64,000 nucleotides of DNA, taken from the NCBI GenBank assembly GCA_964605065.1, contig CAZSAQ010000003.1, forward strand, positions 234,210 through 298,209. Direction: 5' to 3'. The notes beneath the pieces were generated by a model. It did no database searches. It was not told where the DNA came from and was given only the letters and a program-made list of their open reading frames with translations. Position numbers and translations under genes: made by a program. Of this stretch, positions 9,454 to 19,270 are shown one piece after another (position 1 is the stretch's first letter; each line of letters opens with the position of its first letter). Source of the DNA: an uncultured Chitinophagaceae bacterium. GTDB taxonomy: Bacteria; Bacteroidota; Bacteroidia; Chitinophagales; Chitinophagaceae.

Positions 9454-12350
9454 TGGGCAAGTCAGTTTTTTATTTGCTGTTTTTTTTCACCCGGGCCATC
9501 TTGCTGAATGCCCAGGATTACAGTTTTACGCACTACGACAAACAGGAGGGAATGGCCGGGTCCATTGCATATGGCATGACCCAGGATAAAGACGGCTTTA
9601 TCTGGATAGGAACGGAAACGGGATTGAGCCGCTTCGATGGAAGCAGGTTTGTCAATTTCTCTACACTGGACGGACTGCCCGATAATGAAATCCTCAATGT
9701 TTTCGGAGATTCAAAAGGAAGGGTATGGATCATGCCATTCCGCGTTTCCATCTGCTATTATTATAAGGGGAAATTTTACACCAATGAAAACGACTCTCTC
9801 TTAAGCAAGATAAAGCTGGTTACCCATGCGGCATACGTATCGGAAGACGCCGAGGGGAACATCCTGATCCAGGAATTTGGAAAGAATTGCTACCTGATAA
9901 CGGCGGATGGACAGGTTGATCATTTTACTCCTGATTCGGCGAAGCAGAATTTTGTACAGTCTCACCGGCGAAAGGAAGGCGGATTTTGGGTTCAGCAGGG
10001 AAAATGCCTTTATGTGCTGGAGAAAAGAAAGATGACCCATATAGCGGATCTGAAATTTCCCGCCCAACATTATTTCAATGCCGCTTTGCTCGCCGACCAG
10101 ATGGCCTGGCGCATCAACGGACGCGAGGTGGCCGTTGCCTACCTGCAGAGAAACCAGGTTATCCAGAAATCGTTGTTTCCGGACAAGAAAGGTCGGGTGT
10201 CCATGATCGACAAGGGAACGTTGGCCTTCTGCACCCGGGAGGGGGCCTATGTTTATAGATTGGGACAGAACAGGTCGCCGCAGGTCTTTCTGGCCAACAA
10301 GAGCATCAATGCCATTTTTATTGACGATGAAAAGAACTGGTGGTTTTGCACCTATGGAGCCGGCATCTATCGTCTGAATTCGGAAACTGTAAGGAACATC
10401 AGTTTCAGCAATGGGGCCGATCGCAATCATGCCATTACCGCAGTTGCCCGGAAAGGGGAAAAAATATTTGCCGGAAGCGATGATGGCCGGATATATACTT
10501 TCGATTTCCGAAACGATACGTTGTTCAAAAGTACGGTCATTCCGTATCCGGACAAGACCAGTTCCCCGATCATTGATCTCTCGGTCGGAGAAGACGGAAA
10601 TATCGTATATGGATCACTGGTATCCGTTGTGCAGCTCGATTCTTCCTATCGCGTAAAGGCTTCCAGATACAGTACGTCGACCAAAAAAATATCCGATGCC
10701 GCAAACGGCGAAGTGCTGGTGTCAACAGGGGTGAATGCGGTCAGGATGAATCTAAACCACAACAGGGTAGTGGATACGATCTGGAATGGCAGAACAACCA
10801 CTGTTTTTCAAAAGGGCGATACGATATACCTGGGAACACTCGCAGGGTTATTTTGTATCTACGCGGATAAAAGGACCGAATTCCTGGGCGATCATATCCC
10901 TTTGTTGCGGACCAGGATCATCTCCATATCCCAAACAGCCAATGGTAATTTGTGGGTGGCTACCTATGGAAATGGGGTGATCGGTTTGCGCAATAACCAG
11001 CTTGTTGAACATTTCTCTGGCGAAGACGGACTCAAAAGCAATATCTGCCGTACAACCGCCACCCATGGTAATGACTTGTGGATCGGAACCGATAAAGGGC
11101 TGAGTAAAATCAATACGGCAGACAGGAAGATACCTATCACCAACTATTCTTCGGCAGACGGACTCAGCCATGAAACCGTCAATGCCATAGCGACTACTGA
11201 TTCCATGATATTCGTGGGCACTTACGGAGGGCTTACCTACTTCAAGGAAAAATTGCTGACACAGGAATCTTCCTGCCGCCTCCGGATCACCGGCATTTTT
11301 GTGAACTACAACATGATTTCCCCTGATACAGCAGGACTGACGCTCGATCATGATCAGAACAGCATCCGGGTCGACTACGTGGGCATTTCATTCCGATCGC
11401 AGGGAGATGTGGAGTATAAGTACCGGCTTCTGGGGCTTGATACCACCTGGCAGCACACCAGGGAAATGAGTTTAAATTACCATTCGCTTCCTTCAGGCAG
11501 GTATTTACTTCAAATGCAGGCTATCAACCGCTACGGAGTATCGAGCAGCCTGGTGAATATTCCATTTGCCATCATTGGAACGGTGTGGGAGAAAACGTGG
11601 GTGCGGGCGCTCCTGTCATTGCTGTTTCTCTTATTCATCGTCCTGGTAACCATGATGGTCAGCCGGCAGATCAAAAAAAGGGAGGACAGAAAGAACCGGA
11701 TCAACATGCGCATTACCGAACTGGAACAACTGGCGCTCAAAAGCCAGATGAACCCGCACTTCATATTCAACAGCCTGAACTCCATTCAGCAATACGTAAT
11801 GGACAAGGACATTGCGGGCGCCAATAAGTTCATTTCCGATTTCTCCCGCCTCATCCGGCAGACACTTGATTTTTCTTCCAGGCCTTTTGTCCCTCTTGCC
11901 GACGAAATCAGTTATTTACGCACTTACCTGGAATTGGAAAAAACCAGACTGGAAGGCAAGTTCGATTACAAGATTGACCTCGCCCCTGAATTGAAAGAAG
12001 GCGCCTTTCCTATTCCCCCAATGATTATTCAACCCTACGTGGAGAACAGCATCCGGCACGGGGTAAAGTATCGAAAGGATGATCGGGGACTTATACAGGT
12101 AAAAGTAAACCGGAAAAACAGATACATTGTGGTGGTGATCGAAGACAATGGGATCGGAAGAAAGATGGCCGCCTACTATAAAACATCTAACCCGATCGAG
12201 TATCAGTCCAAGGGAATGTCGCTAACGGCCGATCGCATTGAACTGATCAACAGAAACCGGTCTTCCAAAATCACCGTGCTGATTGAAGACATGGTTGATT
12301 CCTCGCTGGAGCCCCTCGGAACAAGGGTTACGATCAATTTCCCGGAATAA
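9450..12350 (+). CDS. Sensor histidine kinase: periplasmic two-component-regulator propeller repeats plus Y_Y_Y domain, one TM helix, LytS-type His_kinase and HATPase
   Basis: The start overlaps the upstream GT2 stop (ATGATG). The propeller repeat motif is GFIWIGTETGLSRFDG. TM WVRALLSLLFLLFIVLVTMMV. The LytS His_kinase motif is LKSQMNPHFIFNSLNSIQ and HATPase is EDNGIG. Confidence 0.85.
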   Translation: MMGKSVFYLLFFFTRAILLNAQDYSFTHYDKQEGMAGSIAYGMTQDKDGFIWIGTETGLSRFDGSRFVNFSTLDGLPDNEILNVFGDSKGRVWIMPFRVSICYYYKGKFYTNENDSLLSKIKLVTHAAYVSEDAEGNILIQEFGKNCYLITADGQVDHFTPDSAKQNFVQSHRRKEGGFWVQQGKCLYVLEKRKMTHIADLKFPAQHYFNAALLADQMAWRINGREVAVAYLQRNQVIQKSLFPDKKGRVSMIDKGTLAFCTREGAYVYRLGQNRSPQVFLANKSINAIFIDDEKNWWFCTYGAGIYRLNSETVRNISFSNGADRNHAITAVARKGEKIFAGSDDGRIYTFDFRNDTLFKSTVIPYPDKTSSPIIDLSVGEDGNIVYGSLVSVVQLDSSYRVKASRYSTSTKKISDAANGEVLVSTGVNAVRMNLNHNRVVDTIWNGRTTTVFQKGDTIYLGTLAGLFCIYADKRTEFLGDHIPLLRTRIISISQTANGNLWVATYGNGVIGLRNNQLVEHFSGEDGLKSNICRTTATHGNDLWIGTDKGLSKINTADRKIPITNYSSADGLSHETVNAIATTDSMIFVGTYGGLTYFKEKLLTQESSCRLRITGIFVNYNMISPDTAGLTLDHDQNSIRVDYVGISFRSQGDVEYKYRLLGLDTTWQHTREMSLNYHSLPSGRYLLQMQAINRYGVSSSLVNIPFAIIGTVWEKTWVRALLSLLFLLFIVLVTMMVSRQIKKREDRKNRINMRITELEQLALKSQMNPHFIFNSLNSIQQYVMDKDIAGANKFISDFSRLIRQTLDFSSRPFVPLADEISYLRTYLELEKTRLEGKFDYKIDLAPELKEGAFPIPPMIIQPYVENSIRHGVKYRKDDRGLIQVKVNRKNRYIVVVIEDNGIGRKMAAYYKTSNPIEYQSKGMSLTADRIELINRNRSSKITVLIEDMVDSSLEPLGTRVTINFPE

Positions 12351-12458
12351 CATCACCGAACTACTGTTAAATAAGAGTAACCTCCATGGAAATTTATTGA
12401 CACAACCTCTTAATTTTGTCTATCGTTATTTTGTATACCTACAATTCGAAGAGCGATT

Positions 12459-13220
12459 ATGTCGAAGCCAGTCATGAAAGCGGTGATAGTGGATGATGAA
12501 CCAAAGAACATAAAAATCCTCCGGGGGCTGCTGGATGAATTCTGTCCCAACGTAGCGGTGCTGGGCGAAGCAACCAATTCTGAAGATGCAAAACAGGTGT
12601 TCCAGGACGTAAGGCCTGATATTGTTTTCCTCGATATCGAAATTCCATACGGTAATGCCTTTGATCTTCTTGATCAATTGAAACCTGTTGATTTCGAAGT
12701 GATCTTTATTACAGCTTTTGACGAATATTCATTGAAGGCATTTAAATACAGTGCTCTCGATTATCTGTTAAAACCCGTAAATATTGAAGAGCTGATGCAA
12801 GCGGTGGCCAAAGTGGAAAAAAGGCTGGAACATAAACTGATCAATCTGCAACTGAACAACCTTTTTCATAATTTTTCGAGGCAGCCCGGCGATTCCCAGC
12901 GGATTGCGCTTACCGCCATGGATGGAGGAATCGTATTCATGGAGATCAGGGATATCCTGCGTGTAGAAGCTAAAGGAGGGTACACTTTTGTGTTCGATAA
13001 AACCGGGAAATACTACATTTCGTCCAGGGCTATTAAGGAATATGAAGAGATGTTGCCGCCTGATATTTTTTTCAGAATACATAACTCCTACATCATCAAT
13101 GTTTTCAGGATAAAAAAATACCACAAGGGCAGGGGAGGAGTGGTAGAAATGGACGATGGCGTGTCTATCGAAGTGGCCGCGCGCCGCAAAGACGAATTCC
13201 TGAAGCGCCTGGCTTTGTAA
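12459..13220 (+). CDS. LytTR-family response regulator (REC + LytTR DNA-binding)
   Basis: AVIVDDEPKNI...DIVFLDIEIP is the REC acidic pocket. A C-terminal LytTR fold (FFRIHNSYIIN) follows. Confidence 0.9.
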   Translation: MSKPVMKAVIVDDEPKNIKILRGLLDEFCPNVAVLGEATNSEDAKQVFQDVRPDIVFLDIEIPYGNAFDLLDQLKPVDFEVIFITAFDEYSLKAFKYSALDYLLKPVNIEELMQAVAKVEKRLEHKLINLQLNNLFHNFSRQPGDSQRIALTAMDGGIVFMEIRDILRVEAKGGYTFVFDKTGKYYISSRAIKEYEEMLPPDIFFRIHNSYIINVFRIKKYHKGRGGVVEMDDGVSIEVAARRKDEFLKRLAL

Positions 13221-13386
13221 ACTTTATTTACACGTCTATCGGAAATTTCGACACGTTGGTGGAATTTATTACAACACAACAGCGGGTTTACCATAATTTA
13301 GTTGAAACGCATTTATCTCTCTAAAGCTGCCTCAAGGCTTACTGAGATACAAAGAAGGTTCTTTTACCATTACTCCTTTTTTGCTT

Positions 13387-13415
13387 AGCCCCGGTTCTGC
13401 TGGGGCTTTTTTGTT
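13387..13415 (+). terminator. Rho-independent terminator after the response-regulator operon
   Basis: Stem agcccc / ggggct around loop ggttctgct, followed by TTTTTTGTTT. Confidence 0.6.
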
Positions 13416-13428
13416 TACAGGAAAACAC

Positions 13429-14556
13429 TTACTGCGAGAGAAACTGAGCGGCTTTTTTTGCCAGGTTACCCCAGTAATAAAATTCGTAAAAGGCGGCAGG
13501 TGTTTGAATAGTTGACTGAAGGCAATTCTTTACTTCTTCGTTAAAGGCATTCCAGTCCTGGTCGGGTAATACCTTGAGTTTGTCTCCGCAGGCGGCGCGG
13601 TCAAGACCCATCGCCCCAAATTCGGTGGAAACAACCGTACTCCCGTAGGCAACCGCCTCGATGGCCTTGGTCTTCACCCCGCCACCGCTAAGAATTGGAT
13701 TGAGAAAGATATCCGAGGCTTTAAAATATTCAAAGATGTCGTCAACAAATCCTGCATACACTATGTTCAGGTGCCGGTATTCTTTCAGCTCGTTGAAAAA
13801 ATCAGGCAATCCTTTGCCGCAAACGACGATGGTATAGGGTATGCCGCACTGTAACAAGTAGGGATTGATATGATCAAGAATCGCCTGCAAGGCATCGTAG
13901 TTGCTGTGGTGATACAGGGCGCCGTTAAAAAGTAATACTTTATGATGCGCCGGAATGCCATGCCGCTTTCCGATCACCTCGCGACAGAAAGATCTGTCTT
14001 CCGGCAATTGTGCTACTTCTACGCCGTAGGTGATGGCGATAGATTTCGAAGGTTCGACATGCAGCACGCGGATGGCTTTCTGTCGGTCTTCTTCCGAAAT
14101 GAAAAAGATCTTATCGCAGGAATGGTAGGCCCATTGTTCATACCATTTAAGCGCCTTCCACCACCATCTTCCAATGGAACGGGATCTTTCGAATTCGAGA
14201 TTATGAGAATGGATCACCCAGGTGACCGGAGTGGTGGCTTTTAACAGCCAGGCCAGCCAGGCATAATAGGGATGCTCGATCAATAAATGAGTAGAATGGT
14301 ATTGTTTCAAAAGTTTTCGAACCCTGAAATAAAGAACAGGATTGGCATAGCGAAGCCGGCTGTTGGATAGTATTTTCAGAAAAGTATATCCTTTCGCATA
14401 CGCTACACTGTTCGCTTCCACACCTGCTGCTACCAGGGTAAGCTCCCGGGCGATGTATTCATTGAAAATGGCAATGCCTTTTTCACCGCCGAGCCTGGCG
14501 GGTAATATCCTGTAAGGAACGATACTTAATATACGGGTGTTGGTCGACTCGTTCAT
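13429..14556 (-). CDS. Glycosyltransferase family 4 (GT-B, GT1/GT4)
   Basis: The C-terminus GGVKTKAIEAVAYGSTVVSTEFGAMGLD is typical of GT4 retaining transferases. Confidence 0.85.
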   Translation of the reverse strand: MNESTNTRILSIVPYRILPARLGGEKGIAIFNEYIARELTLVAAGVEANSVAYAKGYTFLKILSNSRLRYANPVLYFRVRKLLKQYHSTHLLIEHPYYAWLAWLLKATTPVTWVIHSHNLEFERSRSIGRWWWKALKWYEQWAYHSCDKIFFISEEDRQKAIRVLHVEPSKSIAITYGVEVAQLPEDRSFCREVIGKRHGIPAHHKVLLFNGALYHHSNYDALQAILDHINPYLLQCGIPYTIVVCGKGLPDFFNELKEYRHLNIVYAGFVDDIFEYFKASDIFLNPILSGGGVKTKAIEAVAYGSTVVSTEFGAMGLDRAACGDKLKVLPDQDWNAFNEEVKNCLQSTIQTPAAFYEFYYWGNLAKKAAQFLSQ

Positions 14557-14558
14557 AT

Positions 14559-15617
14559 TTACGGTAGCGAAGATAACCGGCTTTGGGATTTAATGGCCGG
14601 CCTGGCAATAACATATATAAAAGGGGCGAGCCCAAATGACAAAAAAGGAAGCGACCTGATCAGCGGATTGCAGATGGAACCGATCAGGTTTTTCCAGGAT
14701 TTCCTGTTGTGCGTATCCCAGAATCCCGGTTCAAAGGAAGCCGTGTAGCCGGCCCCGGTTATCCAGGATGTGTAGTAACTAAATGGCAGGAGATGTTCTA
14801 CCCAGACTCCGTTTTCGGGATCGCAGGTATTTGTGCCTGCGGACAATGGTTCCGGCAGCTTCCGGGTGGCCAGGTATAGGTCAACTGCTTTCAGAATATC
14901 CCATTTCGCCAACCCTCTGGTTTGAAAGCCCAGTGTGGCTGCTTCGCTGGCTGTAAAACCGGGATGATATTGATGAATGATTTCCTCTCTCTGTTTGCGG
15001 TACACCTTTTCCCATTTAAGATGCATGCGTCGATGTGTCAAACGGGTTCCGGGATTCTTCTGGTTGGCCGTGGTAGAAGAAAATACGATGGCGCCCGGTT
15101 GACGGACAGCCAGCAGCTTGTAAAATAGATCCAGGCGATAGATATGCTCTATTACATTCCGGGATGCAATGATATCACATTGCAGTCCCTGGCGGTCCAA
15201 TACGTCCAGGGTTTCTTCGATATCACCAACTATATACAAGTCGGAAGGACAGTTCAGCGCGGTAGCCAGTAATTCGGCGCTTATTTTCCAATCTTCAAGG
15301 TGATCGTTGTAGATGACTTTTCCGCAGCCGATCATCTTGGCCAGCGGGTACAAAGTTCCCACCCCTGCCCCGTAATCCATCAATACCAGCGAGGAAGGTT
15401 CTTTACCTGTTAATTTGATAGCCCTGTATAAGAGCGCGGCGCTGGTTTGGATCGAGAAAAAAATCCGGTTGAAATGACTGCTTTTAAAATAATGCAGACA
15501 GTGCTCGGGCATACCCAGCCTGTCCGCATCCAGTGCCTGCAAACGACTATAGAGTTCTTGTGACCGATCGTCGATCAGTCGCGAAAGCTCATCCCGAACG
15601 ACCAGGAAACTATCCAT
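14559..15617 (-). CDS. Class I SAM-dependent methyltransferase
   Basis: LVLMDYGAGVGTLYPLAKMIGCG...VIYNDH. The start MDSFLVV at 15617 is preferred over the track start, which runs into the upstream gene. A 2-nt gap separates it from the GT4 start. Confidence 0.7.
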   Translation of the reverse strand: MDSFLVVRDELSRLIDDRSQELYSRLQALDADRLGMPEHCLHYFKSSHFNRIFFSIQTSAALLYRAIKLTGKEPSSLVLMDYGAGVGTLYPLAKMIGCGKVIYNDHLEDWKISAELLATALNCPSDLYIVGDIEETLDVLDRQGLQCDIIASRNVIEHIYRLDLFYKLLAVRQPGAIVFSSTTANQKNPGTRLTHRRMHLKWEKVYRKQREEIIHQYHPGFTASEAATLGFQTRGLAKWDILKAVDLYLATRKLPEPLSAGTNTCDPENGVWVEHLLPFSYYTSWITGAGYTASFEPGFWDTHNRKSWKNLIGSICNPLIRSLPFLSFGLAPFIYVIARPAIKSQSRLSSLP

Positions 15618-18150
15618 TGACACCCGCTTTTTGAGGCGATCTGGATTGTTTCCATATCCAGAACAAACCGCCCAGTAACAGCAGCCAGGATAAGATCCCA
15701 ATCGCGAGGCTGATGGTGTCGCCCGTATGGATCGAGGCTGGCTCGAACCGGAATTCGATCTTGTGACTTCCTGCCGGTATTGCGAGGGCGCGGAGAAGGT
15801 AGTTTACCCGGGCAATCGGAACTTCCTTGCCATCAATGCTGGCTTTCCATCCATGCGGGTAATAGATCTCGCTGAACACTCCCAATCCGTCGGTGGCCGA
15901 CTGGCTGTTGTATAATATATAATCGTTCCTGTTTTCAACCAGTTTGATACTGGAAGCGGAATCGTAGTGGAAATTCTGATTGATTTTTGATACCTCTCTT
16001 TTATCAATCACAGCGGTATCTCTTGGTTTGATGGAATCGAGGGCCAGCATCTCTTCATTGGCAGAGGCCACCGGCCGGATGGCTTTTACAAACCAGGCCG
16101 GTCCCAGTGCTTCCGGGTTAGGCATAGCCATTGGCTGTCTTGTCTGCGGGTTGGATATGATGACATACTTGGTATTAAGCATGTTCAGCACCTGTATGTT
16201 TCCTTTGCTGATCTGGTTTTCAATCAAATCCTGGTAGAGGGCAAGTTTGGCAGGATGGTATCCGCCAATGGAATTGTGAAAATAGGCTGACCTCGATTCA
16301 TTCGTAAAGTTTTCCGTCTGGTCAAACACCCTGTAGTAACCCGTGTCTTTTTTAATGGCCAGGTCGGCATAGTTGGGGGTGAATGCCGCCGCCATCAATT
16401 CGTCTTCTTCGATAAATTTTGAATGGTTGAAGTATCGCAGATCAACGCCGATCAGGTCAATGAAGGAAAGGATGGTAATTGCTGCTGCCAGGTAAAGCGG
16501 GTTCAGTTTTTTCCGGGCTGCCAGGAATAATGCGATCGCGCCAAGCAGGAAAAAGATAATGCCTCTCACCATATCCCCGGTAAAAAGGCCTTTACGATCG
16601 GCCACCAGCGCATTCATTATCTGGCCGGCTTCCCCATTGGCTTTCTGTGTAATCTGTTCACTTGGTTGCTGTCCCTGCGCATAGGCATTACCGAGCATCT
16701 GACCAATGGATTCACGGATATTTCTATCCTGCGGCCCTTTGAAATCAAAACTGATATAGGCTACTACGGTCAGGGCAACCAGGATACCAGCCACATAAAA
16801 CGCTGGTTTTATTTTTTTCCAGAGTTCGTCGCCCGACAGTTTACCAAATAATAATTCCTGCAGACCCATGGCTGCCAGTACAGGCAGGCAAAGCTGTGGC
16901 AACACCAGGCTCATGGAAGGAGCCCTGAACTTTCCGTACATGGGCAGGTAATCAAACAGGAAATAGTTGAAGGCACTGAAATGTCTTCCCCAGGCCATCA
17001 GTATCCCCATCAGACCTGCTGCAATGATCCAGCTGAGATTCCAGCTTCTGACCAGGAATAACCCCACAACCGCAAATAATACAATGATCACTCCGAAATA
17101 GACCGGGCCTGATGTATTGGGTTGATCTCCCCAGTAAGGCGAGAGAAATTGCATGAAATAGCGAATGCCGTCTTCCGGTATCCGGGCATCCTGCATCGTT
17201 TCAATTACTTTTGGCGATTCGCCCAGCTCGTTGGGATTGGAACTTCCTCCTTTGGCATAAGGAAGAATAAAGGTGAGACTCTCCTCTACACCGTAGCTCC
17301 ACCGGAACGCGTATTCCTTGTCCAACCCGCCTTTTGTTTTGTCTTCCTTGGGTTTGTTGAGAGTAAGTTCGGAACGCCCTCCGCGCATGGTTTCCTTCGC
17401 ATATTCATTCAGAGGCATTAACATCACTGCATAGGATCCCGCAGCGATCAGGCCTGCTACGATCGAAACGGCCGCAGTCATCATAATATCCTTAACAGAT
17501 TTCTCCTTCAGTTTTTTGATGGCGAAGCCCAGCGCGGTAAAGAACAACAGGATGATAGTATAGTAAGTGATCTGGATATGATTCTGGTACAGCTGAAGCG
17601 TTGTAAAAAGCATCAGCGCCAGGAACCCCAATACATATTTTCTTTGCGTCAATAGGAGGAAGCCCGCCAGGATCGCCGGCATATAGCCCATGGCCGCCAG
17701 TTTGGTGGTATGACCCACTTCTGCCAGGATCGGGCTGTAAGAGCAAAATGCAAATCCGAGAGAACCAAATATGGCAATCCAGGTGCGAAGGCTGAGCACG
17801 AGTGAAAGTATATAAAAACCGATGCAGCTTAAAAAGAAAAGACCTGCCGGTGTGGGCAGAAATCCGGTAAACAGGTAATGCAGCCAGGCGATGGTAATGT
17901 TGTATTTCGATTCGATGGCCACCTGGTAAGCGGGCATTCCGCCGAACAGGCTGTTGGTCCATAAAGGAAAATGACCGTATTTTTCTTTGAATTCAAATGA
18001 TGATTGAGCCATGCCCTTCCAGCCGATCACGTCCGACTGATTCACGATTTTTCCCTGCAGAGCGGGCAAGCAATAAAATATGGAGATCAACAGGAAGATT
18101 CCGATGGCCAGTACATGTGGTTGCAGTTTCTGCCAGAGCGACTTGTTCAT
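15610..18150 (-). CDS. YfhO-family polytopic membrane protein (GT-C fold glycosyltransferase-like)
   Basis: N-terminus MNKSLWQKLQPHVLAIGIFLLISIFYCLPALQGKIVNQSDVIGWKGMAQSSFEFKEKYGHFPLWTNSLFGGMPAYQ has the Bacteroidota YfhO signature. There are many TM helices and a large C-terminal periplasmic domain. It overlaps the downstream methyltransferase gene by 8 nt. Confidence 0.8.
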   Translation of the reverse strand: MNKSLWQKLQPHVLAIGIFLLISIFYCLPALQGKIVNQSDVIGWKGMAQSSFEFKEKYGHFPLWTNSLFGGMPAYQVAIESKYNITIAWLHYLFTGFLPTPAGLFFLSCIGFYILSLVLSLRTWIAIFGSLGFAFCSYSPILAEVGHTTKLAAMGYMPAILAGFLLLTQRKYVLGFLALMLFTTLQLYQNHIQITYYTIILLFFTALGFAIKKLKEKSVKDIMMTAAVSIVAGLIAAGSYAVMLMPLNEYAKETMRGGRSELTLNKPKEDKTKGGLDKEYAFRWSYGVEESLTFILPYAKGGSSNPNELGESPKVIETMQDARIPEDGIRYFMQFLSPYWGDQPNTSGPVYFGVIIVLFAVVGLFLVRSWNLSWIIAAGLMGILMAWGRHFSAFNYFLFDYLPMYGKFRAPSMSLVLPQLCLPVLAAMGLQELLFGKLSGDELWKKIKPAFYVAGILVALTVVAYISFDFKGPQDRNIRESIGQMLGNAYAQGQQPSEQITQKANGEAGQIMNALVADRKGLFTGDMVRGIIFFLLGAIALFLAARKKLNPLYLAAAITILSFIDLIGVDLRYFNHSKFIEEDELMAAAFTPNYADLAIKKDTGYYRVFDQTENFTNESRSAYFHNSIGGYHPAKLALYQDLIENQISKGNIQVLNMLNTKYVIISNPQTRQPMAMPNPEALGPAWFVKAIRPVASANEEMLALDSIKPRDTAVIDKREVSKINQNFHYDSASSIKLVENRNDYILYNSQSATDGLGVFSEIYYPHGWKASIDGKEVPIARVNYLLRALAIPAGSHKIEFRFEPASIHTGDTISLAIGILSWLLLLGGLFWIWKQSRSPQKAGVNG

Positions 18151-18208
18151 GCTGTAAACAATTAAAAATGATGGGCAAAATAATGCAATTTTACAGGATC
18201 GGAGGCTT

Positions 18209-18490
18209 ATGAAGAACTTATTATTTTTAATGCGGGTGGCCTTTATTTGCAATCTGTGCCTGCTGCTGGCCTGGTTGAGTAAAGACCTGTCCTTCCTGCC
18301 GGAGGGATATATTCAATCAACGGTTGTGATATTGGGCGTCGGACTTTCCTTTTTCCTGAACTTTATACTCTGCCTGCTGTTACTGGTTTGGTGGGGAATG
18401 CGCCGAAAGTTACCAGCTGATTTTCCGGGCTGGTTAATTATCGCTAATTTCCTTTTTTTAATTCCTCAAGTATACCTGCTGCTCAAATGA
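18209..18490 (+). CDS. Small 3-TM membrane protein (hypothetical), translationally coupled to yhhQ
   Basis: 93 aa, very hydrophobic (LCLLLAWL, VVILGVGLSFFLNFILCLLLLVWW). Its stop overlaps the next start (ATGA at 18487-18490). Confidence 0.45.
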   Translation: MKNLLFLMRVAFICNLCLLLAWLSKDLSFLPEGYIQSTVVILGVGLSFFLNFILCLLLLVWWGMRRKLPADFPGWLIIANFLFLIPQVYLLLK

Positions 18491-19263
18491 TCCACTACAT
18501 CATCAAGGACAAGCCTACCCGCCTATTTATTATTCTCGGCGGATTTTTTATTGCCAATGCTCTGATTGCCGAAGTAATAGGGGTGAAATTGTTTTCACTC
18601 GAGAAAACGCTGGGTTTTGCGCCTGCCAGCCTGGACCTGATGGGAGAGAAGGGCCTTGGTTTTTCGCTGACAGTGGGTGTGCTCCCCTGGCCGGTGGTCT
18701 TTATCATGACCGATATCATCAACGAATATTACGGAGTGAAGGGTGTAAGGTTTCTTTCCATTCTCACTGCGGGGTTGATCGCTTTCGCATTCCTGGTTTT
18801 CTACCTGGCCATCAAAACCACGCCCGACGATTTCTGGGTGGGCTCACAGGCAAAGAACAATGTTCCCAATATGCAGGACGCGTATACGCAGATACTCGGA
18901 CAGGGAATGAATATTATTGTGGCCTCACTGACAGCATTCCTTGTAGGGCAGCTCACGGATGCCACGGTATTCAAAAGGATCAAAAAATATACAGGTGAAA
19001 AGAATATATGGATGCGGGCAACGCTCTCTACGCTGGTTTCGCAGTTGATTGATACCATCGTCGTGTCTTATATGTTCCTCTATTTTTCGCTGCATTTTTC
19101 TTTCGCGCGCGTAACGGCCATTGCTTTCACCGGCTACCTGTACAAATTCACCGTTGCCATTCTTTGCACTCCCCTTATTTACCTGGTACATGCCTGGATA
19201 GAACGGTATCTCGGCCATGACAAGGCCCGTGAGATGAAAGAGGCGGCGATGATCAAAGGCTGA
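18487..19263 (+). CDS. yhhQ: Queuosine precursor transporter YhhQ (Vut/DUF165 family)
   Basis: PWPVVFIMTDIINEYYG ... RATLSTLVSQLIDTIVV are the conserved COG1738 motifs. Confidence 0.85.
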   Translation: MIHYIIKDKPTRLFIILGGFFIANALIAEVIGVKLFSLEKTLGFAPASLDLMGEKGLGFSLTVGVLPWPVVFIMTDIINEYYGVKGVRFLSILTAGLIAFAFLVFYLAIKTTPDDFWVGSQAKNNVPNMQDAYTQILGQGMNIIVASLTAFLVGQLTDATVFKRIKKYTGEKNIWMRATLSTLVSQLIDTIVVSYMFLYFSLHFSFARVTAIAFTGYLYKFTVAILCTPLIYLVHAWIERYLGHDKAREMKEAAMIKG

Positions 19264-19270
19264 TCATGAT

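Noticed and set aside
12351-12458. Possible internal promoter (TTATTTTG) between kinase and response-regulator genes
   Set aside because: It is only a partial match to TAnnTTTG and the spacing is ambiguous. There is not enough evidence to call it.
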